A DNA stretch of 64,000 nt, from the NCBI GenBank assembly GCA_043807425.1, contig JAZDFZ010000021.1:574-64573 (forward strand), read 5' to 3'. Below, in pieces: positions 17,801 through 25,731 of the stretch (position 1 is the first letter of the stretch; the number at the start of each line of letters is the position of its first letter). A program made the position numbers and the translations under genes. A model generated the notes under the pieces. The model was given only the letters and a program-made list of their open reading frames with translations, was not told the DNA's origin and searched no databases. Origin of the DNA: Actinomycetota bacterium (GTDB taxonomy: Bacteria > Actinomycetota > Geothermincolia > Fen-727 > Anoxymicrobiaceae).

Positions 17801-20800
17801 GTGCCCTGCACCCTTATCCCGTTTATGCCGTTGCCGTCTGAGGGGTCCTCCCCCTCGGGTCTCTTCCAGGTGTTGCCCGAAAGCTCGCTCCAGGAGCAGT
17901 CCGACATGTAGATGGTGTCTCCAGAACATGAGTGGATGCGGTTTCCGGTCACGGAGGGATATGGCTCGACGTAGCCGGGTTCCTTTGCCACCACGATCCC
18001 GGAGGCGCAGCCCGTGATGGTGTTGTTCCTGAAGGTCGGAGTGCCGCCCTTGGCCACCAGGCCCGTACCCGCAAGGCCGCTCGCGGTGCAGTCCTCCACG
18101 ACCGGCGAGCCGCCCAATACCGATACCGCGGTCTGGGTGAGGGCGCCCGAGACCTCGTCCAGTCGGTGGAAGAGGCAGTCACGGATGAGGGGAGAGCCGC
18201 CCCGGACCTCCACCCCCACCCGGGTGTAGTCGCTCATGACCGTGTTCTCTATCAGGTGGCTTCCGTCCAGCACCAGGTTCATCTCCTCGGTGCCAGACCC
18301 TCCGCCGTATCGCATCACGCAGTGGGAGAGCGTGGAGGGCTCGATCGAGTTGTAGAAGTAGACGATGAACCAGTCTCCACAGCGGGGCTGGCTCGGACCG
18401 TCCCCGTTGGTGTCCCCGTAGACAGGGTCGTCGTCCTTGAGCGAGGTGATGGTGATGGGGTCCACCGCCGTGATGTTTCCTTCTGCATCCCGGATGGCCC
18501 CATCAGCCTGGAGTACACCGTCAACGATTATGGTGGCGTTCCGGAGTCCGGATTGTGCCTTTATCATCACCCCGGGCTCGATGGTAAGCCTTGCTCCGTA
18601 GTTGATGGTCATCGGTCTGGTCAGGATGTAGGGGCTGTACCTCTTCTCCAGGCGGTAATCGGGGTCGTTGATGACCTCGGGTAGGATGCTGGGGATGTGT
18701 ACCTGAGCGGTACCAGTGACGCCTTCAAACGTCGCGTTGATCGTCCCTGTGCCCCAGCCGGTGGCGTCGAATAAACCGCTCTGAGAATCTATGGTTCCCA
18801 CCCAGGCATCGCATGACCACTCCGGGGTTATGGTCACGGGGTTTTCATCCTGGTCCCGCCCGATCGCCTCGAACTGCTGCTGCGAGCCGTTGTAGAGGGT
18901 GATGTCAGAGGGTGTGACTTCTATGGAGGTGAGGGTCTGGACGGCTGTTACGGTGAATCCGTCGGTGAGGGTACCCATGCCTGCGTCCGGGTTGATCACG
19001 GATACGCTCCAGGGGCCGGGCTCGGCCTCATAGAGGTCCAGGGTGCAGGTGATGTGCTCGTGGGAGACCACGATCACCTCCATGGCGGTGATATCTGCGT
19101 GTCCTTCCCGGGTGAGCCTGACGATCGCTCCCTGTGCGAAGCTGGAGCCGGAGACCTCGGCTGCCTCCATTACCTCGCCGGTCCGTCCCTTATCAGGGGT
19201 GATGCCTGAGACAATGGGAGCGGGATTCACGGTGAAGGCATTGGGAAGCGTCCCCTCTCCGGCATAGGTGTCTCTCACCACCAGTTCGTAGGGGCCGGGT
19301 TCGGCGTCCCTGAGGTCCAGAGTGCCGGTTATCTGCTCCTCTGAGAACGAGAGGTTGGAGGCGGTGATGGTCAGATCGCCTCTTACAAGGACCACGGTAT
19401 CGGTGTGGTCCAGGTGGGTCCCGACTATGGTCACCCTGACCTCTTGTGCTCCGCTTCCCGCACTTGCAGGGGTTATGGAAGCGGGAGATGGCGGGGGGTT
19501 GACCGTGAAGCCGTTGGGAAGGACACCGCTCTGGGAATCGGGGTTGGTCACTACCACGTCCCAGGAGCCGGAGGCGGCCTGGCTCAAGTCCAGGGTGCCG
19601 GTCATCTCCGATGTGGAGAGCACTGTCTCGTTCTCGGCTTCGATGTCGGTGTGACCCGTTCGAGAGAGCCGGAAGGAGGTCTTTTCGTCTGAGGTTCCGT
19701 TCACGAAGCCGGTCCCGGTGACCGTGACGGAGACCACGCCGTTTTCGCTGTTCGCCCAGTCGGGCTCGATCGAGGTGACGGTTGGTGGAGGAAGGGAATC
19801 GACGGTGAAGCCTCCTCCCAGGGAGCCGGAGCCGTCGTCGGGATTGGTGACGACCACGTTCCAGGCTCCGGGAGAGGCGCCGGTGAGGTCGAGGGTGCAG
19901 GTTATCTTCTGGGCCGAGACCACCACTACCTCTGTGGCGGTGATGTCGGGCTGTCCGTCGCGCGTGAGCCTGACGGTCGCACCATCCTGGAACCTGTCTC
20001 CGGCGAGGTCCGTTATCTGGACTATCTCCCCGGTCCTGGCGCTTGAAGGGGTGATAGAGGTGAGAACAGGTCCCGGGATAACGGTGAAGCCCCCGGCGAG
20101 CAGGCCCCTTCCACCGTCGGGGTTGGTCACCACCACGTCCCAGACCCCGGGGGTAGCTCCTGTCAGGTCGAAGGTGCAGTTGATTGTGTAATAGGAGAGG
20201 ACGTTCTCTCCTTCCGCCTGGATGGAGGGCTTTCCCTCCATCTCCAGGGAGACCTGGGCTCCGGGTGAGAAGAGGTTCCCATTAACCGTCGCCGGTTGGT
20301 TGGCCTTGCCGCTCGGCGCGCTGTTCGGGATGATCCCGTAGACCCTGGGGTACTGGTTGACGGTGAAGCCACGGGCAAGTGTTGCGGTTCCTCCGTCCAG
20401 GTTGGTGACCACCAAGTTCCAGGGGCCGGCGGAGGCTCCCACCAGGTCGAACGTGCACGTTGCATGTGTGTGCGATTCATCTACCGAGGTGGTAGAGGCC
20501 CATATGGTATTAGAGCCCCTCTGGAGCTTGAAGGCGGCCTGGAAATCGAAGTTCGCTCCGGTGATGACCGCTTCGAAGGAGGGGTTGCCGCTTCCCGCGT
20601 TGTCGGGCGTGATGGAGAGTATGGTGGGGTTGGAGGTGACCGTGAAGCCGCCTGTGAGCAGGGATCTTCCCCCGTCGGGGTTGATGACGTGGACATCCCA
20701 TGCGCCGAGGGCGGCGTTCGAGAGGTCGAGGGACAGGCTTATGGTGGTGCCGTAGCGTACCTCTAGGACTGTAGCTATTATGTCCGGGCAACCAGACCGG

Positions 20801-21663
20801 GTGAGCTTCACCAAGAGACCTTCCTCGAAGTGCCGTCCACGGATCTGGGCTATGAAGGCGGGGTTCCCGGTGCCGCCTGAGGACGGTCTTATGGAGCGCA
20901 CCTCGGGGGCGGGATTCACGTAGAAGCCGAACTGGAGGGTCGCGCTGCCCCCGCCCGGATTTGTGACCACCACGTCGTAGTACCAGTCGTCGGCTCCAGT
21001 GAGGTCGAAGACGCCGTCTATCCTGGTGGGTGAGACCACGGTTGCCGGATTTGCCACGATGTCGTCTCGGCCGTTGCGCCTCAGGGCTACTTGCGCCCCG
21101 GTCACGAAGTTGGCACCGGTGAGGATTGTGTACACGGCGGGGTTTCCGCTTCCGGCGTTGTCCGGGGTGATGGAGGAGATGGTGGGGAGCGGGGCGAGGA
21201 CGGAGAATCCGTTATGAAGCGTACCCCTTTTTCCGTCGGGGTTGATGACCACCACGTTCCAGGACCCGGGTGGAGCTCCTGAGAGGTCCAGGGTGCAGGT
21301 TATCTTCTTTGAAGAGACCACCCGGACGTACTTCGCCTCGATGGAGTTCTGGCCGCTGCGGGTGAGCCTCACGGAAGCGCCGTCTCGAAAGCCGGTACCG
21401 GAGAGTTTCGTGATGCGCACGCTGGTGTCTCCGCTGCGAGCGGTGTTGGGGGTGATGGAGGTGACGGTGGGAGCGGGGGCGCGGTGTTCAGTAAGCGTCG
21501 AGTTCAGAGAGGATGCCAGGCCCCCCCCCATTGGAGTTTGTACTGGATCATGATCCGCCGCCAGGGCTCCGGTTGAAGATACCAGCAATGACGTGAGGAA
21601 CAGGAATAGTACGATGAAGAAGAATAGCGTGGTCCCGGTTCTGGAATAGGAATTGCCGCTCAT
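14836..21663 (-). CDS. Giant secreted protein (2275 aa): signal peptide, 9 IPT/TIG repeats, Big-2-like domain, 3 parallel beta-helix modules, DUF6345-like domain, C-terminal Ig-like domain
   Basis: Nine P-x-(V/I)-x-SI-x-P repeats; LTSIEVTP; three PY...G..L.I.PG starts; NAGHG and IVYNC motifs; GGGGAGG RBS. Confidence 0.85.
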   Translation of the reverse strand: MSGNSYSRTGTTLFFFIVLFLFLTSLLVSSTGALAADHDPVQTPMGGGLASSLNSTLTEHRAPAPTVTSITPNTARSGDTSVRITKLSGTGFRDGASVRLTRSGQNSIEAKYVRVVSSKKITCTLDLSGAPPGSWNVVVINPDGKRGTLHNGFSVLAPLPTISSITPDNAGSGNPAVYTILTGANFVTGAQVALRRNGRDDIVANPATVVSPTRIDGVFDLTGADDWYYDVVVTNPGGGSATLQFGFYVNPAPEVRSIRPSSGGTGNPAFIAQIRGRHFEEGLLVKLTRSGCPDIIATVLEVRYGTTISLSLDLSNAALGAWDVHVINPDGGRSLLTGGFTVTSNPTILSITPDNAGSGNPSFEAVITGANFDFQAAFKLQRGSNTIWASTTSVDESHTHATCTFDLVGASAGPWNLVVTNLDGGTATLARGFTVNQYPRVYGIIPNSAPSGKANQPATVNGNLFSPGAQVSLEMEGKPSIQAEGENVLSYYTINCTFDLTGATPGVWDVVVTNPDGGRGLLAGGFTVIPGPVLTSITPSSARTGEIVQITDLAGDRFQDGATVRLTRDGQPDITATEVVVVSAQKITCTLDLTGASPGAWNVVVTNPDDGSGSLGGGFTVDSLPPPTVTSIEPDWANSENGVVSVTVTGTGFVNGTSDEKTSFRLSRTGHTDIEAENETVLSTSEMTGTLDLSQAASGSWDVVVTNPDSQSGVLPNGFTVNPPPSPASITPASAGSGAQEVRVTIVGTHLDHTDTVVLVRGDLTITASNLSFSEEQITGTLDLRDAEPGPYELVVRDTYAGEGTLPNAFTVNPAPIVSGITPDKGRTGEVMEAAEVSGSSFAQGAIVRLTREGHADITAMEVIVVSHEHITCTLDLYEAEPGPWSVSVINPDAGMGTLTDGFTVTAVQTLTSIEVTPSDITLYNGSQQQFEAIGRDQDENPVTITPEWSCDAWVGTIDSQSGLFDATGWGTGTINATFEGVTGTAQVHIPSILPEVINDPDYRLEKRYSPYILTRPMTINYGARLTIEPGVMIKAQSGLRNATIIVDGVLQADGAIRDAEGNITAVDPITITSLKDDDPVYGDTNGDGPSQPRCGDWFIVYFYNSIEPSTLSHCVMRYGGGSGTEEMNLVLDGSHLIENTVMSDYTRVGVEVRGGSPLIRDCLFHRLDEVSGALTQTAVSVLGGSPVVEDCTASGLAGTGLVAKGGTPTFRNNTITGCASGIVVAKEPGYVEPYPSVTGNRIHSCSGDTIYMSDCSWSELSGNTWKRPEGEDPSDGNGINGIRVQGTYSSDMRWDNSNPDLPFVLYDTGQPSGITVTTGATLAIEPGTRIKAGEQSTIWVWGRLQAGGTSDQHVTITSIYDTVGGQTYNLPPAQNPNPGDWKGIRLENTEPLQASTLSFCDISYVGGIAPIDGGAIGVRGDHQVTSCSISCCASDGVHVFSGSPLVRDLSTYQVKILGGDPPPAPAMASVRVVDGSALVENSSGSTASMQDGDYGVWIEGGSPTIQNGLHINGMRAVGVQITRGTPAVQGNLIESCQYGIKIDGCDAMTTVAENTVNNCTEFLGRVDDGLENLQIFANSGTGCRINGIELSAYSWFATNSIRFMANLVPYTMTENDFTVPAGSTLVIDPGVIIKWLDVRMTVAGSLQCVGTQQDRICITSLYDDSVGGPTSNDGLIHYPSYNDWGGISLANDQCFVQWTRLAYGGSGSALLNVDNCSPILSKLIIDGGTSYGDRGGTGIRLSGDTCTRIDDDEPGATTISYCDVAVLVDLDDYSRPDQPIVNGCNLWDSNYGVQLLNSDPENPFNAEWNDWCHFGVENGPAPAGDGSAVSDFETTDVLPWHGLGQNHEQDNDYDETQPEVGISYSIFNIPGAVDACEGLATVFALDGARIRQRRGNEPEYPPLLAGRERDSRDYFQNPGDPKTEGQDPLSSDNVDLVMNAGHGWLQRAAGSVVSIIDYQNGLGLNGGVLHSSSLGWGDQDLEWAIVYNCKLFAGDNQADVAAHVPDRSAKPGVVPEDTPYNPADYSNLPDIDRRFNAVTVAKGLHLLMGMGTKAWMDGVVGTETARSITQPGPRNIKEAWKLANYHNQAQDRRDEAQIWEERSIWDPYNLAVVYGATNSFGDFFFGHGPQSDDPNADSDTSWEFEVCDYVNDDGGFVELPDSELPKSDITVVTVDHIVQPGEEVEFTALSVGGPGETPQPFDPGVIVRFRKTGAEGTRQYIQQPVAFIDEHRVRVVVPSSVERGQDYQVLFLNHNMHFGYLEVDLHIEEEPPPL

Positions 21664-21735
21664 CCCCGCCTCCCCTTCGGTCGATTGCCCCCGGTCCCGG
21701 CAGCATCAGGCATAGTGCTGCCGGGGTCAGATTTG

Positions 21736-21762
21736 TTATCGACAGAAAATGGGGTCTTCTTA
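21736..21762 (-). promoter_or_regulatory. Possible sigma28/FliA/WhiG-type promoter for the giant gene
   Basis: TAAG-N15-GTCGATAA versus consensus TAAA-N15-GCCGATAA. Confidence 0.35.
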
Positions 21763-21787
21763 AGCGTCTTTTAAAGCGAATATTCTG

Positions 21788-22465
21788 TCAGGACCCGTCG
21801 TCCAGGCGTTTTTCGATGCGGTCCAGGCGGCGCTCGATGGTGTTGAACATGTCCAGCACCGGGTCGGGCAGGTCCTCGTGGTGCAGGTCGATCGGGCTGA
21901 TGCGCTCGCCCGAGCAGACCGTCACGCGACCCGGGACCCCAACCACCGTGCAGTTGGGAGGCACGTCCTGGATTACGACCGCCCCGGCGCCCACCTTGGA
22001 GCTCTCCCCCACCGTGATCGGACCCAGCACGCTGGCACCCGCGGCGATGACCACGTTGTCCTCGATGGTGGGGTGGCGCTTGCCCTTCTCCTTGCCCGTG
22101 CCTCCCAGCGTGACCCCCTGGAACAGGGTCACGTTCTTGCCGATCTCGGTCGTCTCGCCGATGACCACGCCCATGCCGTGGTCAATGAAGAAGCCGTGCC
22201 CTATCGTCGCGCCCTGGTGTATCTCTATGCCGGTGAGCATGCGGGCGAACATGGAGATGGCCCTGGGCAGCCCCGGCACCTTCCGTCGCCAGAGGTAGTT
22301 GGCCACGCGGTGCAGCCAGACCGCGTGCAGGCCCGGGTAGGTGAGGATCACCTCGAGCGTGTTGGTGGCCGCCGGGTCCCGGTCCTTGACCGCCTCGACG
22401 TCGGAGCGCAACACGGCAACGGCGTCGCTCAAGAACTCCCCGAGCGTCCTGTGAGCTTCAGCCAC
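21788..22465 (-). CDS. cysE: Serine O-acetyltransferase
   Basis: [43 protein letters not shown]. Confidence 0.96.
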   Translation of the reverse strand: MAEAHRTLGEFLSDAVAVLRSDVEAVKDRDPAATNTLEVILTYPGLHAVWLHRVANYLWRRKVPGLPRAISMFARMLTGIEIHQGATIGHGFFIDHGMGVVIGETTEIGKNVTLFQGVTLGGTGKEKGKRHPTIEDNVVIAAGASVLGPITVGESSKVGAGAVVIQDVPPNCTVVGVPGRVTVCSGERISPIDLHHEDLPDPVLDMFNTIERRLDRIEKRLDDGS

Positions 22466-23939
22466 GTCCTTCCTCCAGTGCCGGCATCGAGGCCTCGATG
22501 CGGTCAGCGCAGCCGCCCGGCCCCCAGAACATTATAAGATAGACGAGGTCGGGGCCGACCGTGAGGCCGGTCACAGCCAGGCGGAACGGCCAGAGCACCT
22601 TCTTGGCGCCCCAGCCACGTTCCTTCGCCTCACCACGCAACCGCTCGACTATCCGCTCCGCCGTCTGCATGTCATCGGAGGACTCGGAGCGCAGTGCCTC
22701 CACGCACAGCTTCAGCGCCTCGTCCAGCTCGCCTGACTTGCGCAGCTCGGCCAGGGCCTTCTCCGAGACGTCGCCCGCCGGACGCGCGTAGATGTCCATC
22801 AGCTCCACCGCGTCGACAAGCGTCTCCATGCCGTTGCGCACCGAGGCCACCGCGACCTCCAGCCGGTCGCGGGGCAGGCCGAGCAGCTCGGAGCGCCCCT
22901 CACGCTGGAGGAAAGGCATCACCAGGTCGGTCAGCTCGGAGTCGGTGAGCGCCTTCATGTGCTGGCGATTCAGCCAGTTGAGCTTGTCCACGTCGAATAT
23001 CGCCTTGCTGGCCGAGACACCCTCGATGCCGAACTCGTCCACGAGTTGGCCCAGGCTGAAGAGCTCACGGTCATCGCCGGGCGCCCAGGACAGCAGCGCC
23101 AGGTAGTTGGTCAGGGCCCTCGGGAGGTAGCCTTTCTCGCGGTAGTCGGAGACGGCGGTGGAGCCGTGCCTCTTGGACAGCTTCCCCCCGTCCTTTCCCA
23201 TGAGCAGTGAGTGATGCAGGAAGCGAGGAGTCGGCGCGCCGAACGCCTCGAAGAGCAGGACGTGCCTGGCCGCGTTGGTCAGGTGGTCGTCCCCCCTTAT
23301 CACGTGCGTGATCCCCATGGTGAAGTCGTCCACCACCACCGCGAGGTGGAAACCTGCGGTCCCGTCAGAGCGCATTATTATGAAGTCGTCTATCTCGTGC
23401 GAGTCCACCTCGACCGCGCCGCGCAGCATGTCGTCGATTATGATGACCTGCTCCGGGACGCGAAAGCGGAGGGCGAACGGCTCCCCGGCGGCAGCCCTCC
23501 CCGCCGCATCCGCCTCGCCGAGCCCGGTGCACACACGGTCGTAACGCCAGGCCCTGCCCTCGGCGATCGCGGCCTTCCTGCGCGCGTCGAGCTCCTCCGC
23601 GGTGCAGAAGCAGCGGTATGCCCTGCCGGTCTCCATGAGGCGCTCGGCGTGCTCCCGGTAGAGGTCCATGCGCTCGCTCTGGCGGTAGGGCCCGTACTCT
23701 CCCCCCGCGTCGGGACCCTCGTCCCAGTCCAGGCCCATCCAGTGCAGCGAGTCGATGATGTCGCGCTCGAACTCCGTCGAGGAACGCTCGGGGTCCGTAT
23801 CCTCCAGGCGCAGCACCAGCACGCCCGAGCGCCCCCGCGCGAACAGCCAGTTGAACAGCGCTGTGCGGGCCGAGCCCAGGTGCAGCTTTCCCGTGGGGCT
23901 CGGAGCGAAGCGGACCCTCACCTTCTCGCCCGCGCTCAT
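22458..23939 (-). CDS. gltX: Glutamate--tRNA ligase
   Basis: [44 protein letters not shown]. Confidence 0.96.
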   Translation of the reverse strand: MSAGEKVRVRFAPSPTGKLHLGSARTALFNWLFARGRSGVLVLRLEDTDPERSSTEFERDIIDSLHWMGLDWDEGPDAGGEYGPYRQSERMDLYREHAERLMETGRAYRCFCTAEELDARRKAAIAEGRAWRYDRVCTGLGEADAAGRAAAGEPFALRFRVPEQVIIIDDMLRGAVEVDSHEIDDFIIMRSDGTAGFHLAVVVDDFTMGITHVIRGDDHLTNAARHVLLFEAFGAPTPRFLHHSLLMGKDGGKLSKRHGSTAVSDYREKGYLPRALTNYLALLSWAPGDDRELFSLGQLVDEFGIEGVSASKAIFDVDKLNWLNRQHMKALTDSELTDLVMPFLQREGRSELLGLPRDRLEVAVASVRNGMETLVDAVELMDIYARPAGDVSEKALAELRKSGELDEALKLCVEALRSESSDDMQTAERIVERLRGEAKERGWGAKKVLWPFRLAVTGLTVGPDLVYLIMFWGPGGCADRIEASMPALEEGRG

Positions 23940-24805
23940 CCGCCCTCCCCGCAGACAGGCCTGTACCCCTCGGCGAGGCCCGCGAACCGGTCGCGCGACA
24001 CGGCCTCCTCGTCGAGATAGGCTTTGAGCCTGGAAACCAGGACCTCGAAGTCGACCTGGTGGCCGTCGAACTCCGGCCCGTCCACGCAGGAGAACTTCGT
24101 CTCGCCGGCGACCTCGCAACGGCATGTACCGCACATCCCCGTCCCGTCGAGCATTATCGCGTTGAGGCTGACCACGGTCGGGACACCGTGCTCCTTCGTG
24201 AGCATGGAGACCGCGCGCATCATGGGAACCGGTCCCACCGCGACGACCCTGTCAGGGCCCCATTCGTTTATGGCCTCGAGCACCAGCTCGGTGACGAAGC
24301 CCCTCACACCGAAGGAGCCGTCGTCGGTCGCGACCCGGAGGTCCGCGTCCAGCGCCTCCATCCTGTCGGTGAGTATCAGGTGCTCCCGGTCCCGCCCCCC
24401 GAGCAGCACCCGCACCTCGTTGCCGGCGTCCACCAGGGCCCGCGCGATCGGGTATAGCGCGGCGATGCCGACCCCTCCCCCGACGCAGGCGACCTTCCCG
24501 AACCTCATCACCTCGGTCGGCCGCCCCAGGGGCCCGACCACGTCGGCCAGGCAGTCGCCGACCTCGCAGCGGGAGAGCTTCATGGTGGTGGTGCCCACCA
24601 CCTGGAACGCCATCTCGACCGTCCCCTCCTCGCGGGAGTAGTCCATGAGGGTCAGCGGGATGCGCTCGCCTTGAGAGTCCACGCGCACGATGATGAACTG
24701 CCCGGCCGCAGCGGCAGGCGGGACGAGGGGTGCCCGAACGGTCATCCGGAAGACGTCCGGCGCGAGACCCTCCTTGTCGGTGACCTCGAACCTAGCCCGC
24801 TCCAA
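23936..24805 (-). CDS. Sulfide/dihydroorotate dehydrogenase-like FAD/NAD-binding electron transfer subunit (NfnA/SudB type)
   Basis: GQFIIVR..GERIPLT, GGGVGIA, TDDGSFG, DGTGMCGTCRC, CVDGPEFDG. Confidence 0.9.
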   Translation of the reverse strand: MERARFEVTDKEGLAPDVFRMTVRAPLVPPAAAAGQFIIVRVDSQGERIPLTLMDYSREEGTVEMAFQVVGTTTMKLSRCEVGDCLADVVGPLGRPTEVMRFGKVACVGGGVGIAALYPIARALVDAGNEVRVLLGGRDREHLILTDRMEALDADLRVATDDGSFGVRGFVTELVLEAINEWGPDRVVAVGPVPMMRAVSMLTKEHGVPTVVSLNAIMLDGTGMCGTCRCEVAGETKFSCVDGPEFDGHQVDFEVLVSRLKAYLDEEAVSRDRFAGLAEGYRPVCGEGG

Positions 24806-25589
24806 CCCCGCTCCCTTCCAGCGCCTTCTCCAGCCTGCCTTTGAGCCGCTCGATCTCGCCCACGAACTCCGGGTCGGCGTCGTAGGCGCTCATGCCCTCC
24901 AGGTCCGCCTTCCGAACCATGTCGCTGTAGTGGATCATCCCAAGGTTCTCAATGTCGCCGAGCCCGTCGGAGAGCATCTCCACCTCGGACTCGTCCATCA
25001 CCTTGTTGAAGATGACGAACAGGCGCTTGATGCCCAGCTGGTCCGCGAGCCTGGCGGTGGTCCTGGCCGTCTGCACGGAGCGCAGGCCGGGTTCGGCCAC
25101 TATCAGTATGGCGTCGACGCTCTCCGAGGTGCCCCTGCCCAGGTGCTCGATACCGGCCTCCATGTCCATGACCACCACGTCGTCGCGCTCCAGGAGTATG
25201 TGCCTCATCAACGCCTTGAGAAGGACGGACTCGGGGCATACGCATCCGCCGCCGCCCTCCTTGACGGTGCCCATGGCCAGCAGGCGCACGCCCGAGTGCT
25301 CGATGCATATCTGGTCGGGCAGGTCGTCCACCCGGGGGTTCATCTTGAACATCTGCCCGTATGTGCCGAGCTTGGCCCCCGTGCGCTCCTCCACCACGTC
25401 CTGCATCTCCGCGAGCGGGATGATGTCGGCCGCCGTCTCTGGGCTTATCCCGACCGAGACCGCGAGGTTCGCGTCGGGGTCCGCGTCAATGGCCAGCACC
25501 TTGCGGCCCTCCGCCGCGAAGGAGCGCGCCAGCGCGCCCGCGATAGTGCTCTTTCCTACCCCGCCCTTTCCGCTTATCGCCAGTTTCAC
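24792..25589 (-). CDS. cooC: CooC/AcsF-type nickel-insertion ATPase
   Basis: SGKGGVGKST, IDADP, GGCVCP, DMEAGIEHLGRGT. Confidence 0.88.
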   Translation of the reverse strand: MKLAISGKGGVGKSTIAGALARSFAAEGRKVLAIDADPDANLAVSVGISPETAADIIPLAEMQDVVEERTGAKLGTYGQMFKMNPRVDDLPDQICIEHSGVRLLAMGTVKEGGGGCVCPESVLLKALMRHILLERDDVVVMDMEAGIEHLGRGTSESVDAILIVAEPGLRSVQTARTTARLADQLGIKRLFVIFNKVMDESEVEMLSDGLGDIENLGMIHYSDMVRKADLEGMSAYDADPEFVGEIERLKGRLEKALEGSGVGAG

Positions 25590-25609
25590 CTGAGACCGCC
25601 TCCTGGTGG

Positions 25610-25731
25610 TGAAAAAATACCTCAAACCATCTCTTTCATCATATACAATCCCCATCCTATTGGCTGTTGTGAAAGAAATGGTGTGAGGTCTTCTTTCTGT
25701 TGTGAAAGAAGTGGTTTGAGGTTTTCTTTCA
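25610..25731. repeat. REP-like family B variant, three units
   Basis: TGAAA..CCTCAAACCA..TTTCA plus two inverted TGAAAGAA-TGGT(G/T)TGAGG-..TTCTTTC units; the last arm contains the HD-GYP stop codon. Confidence 0.75.
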
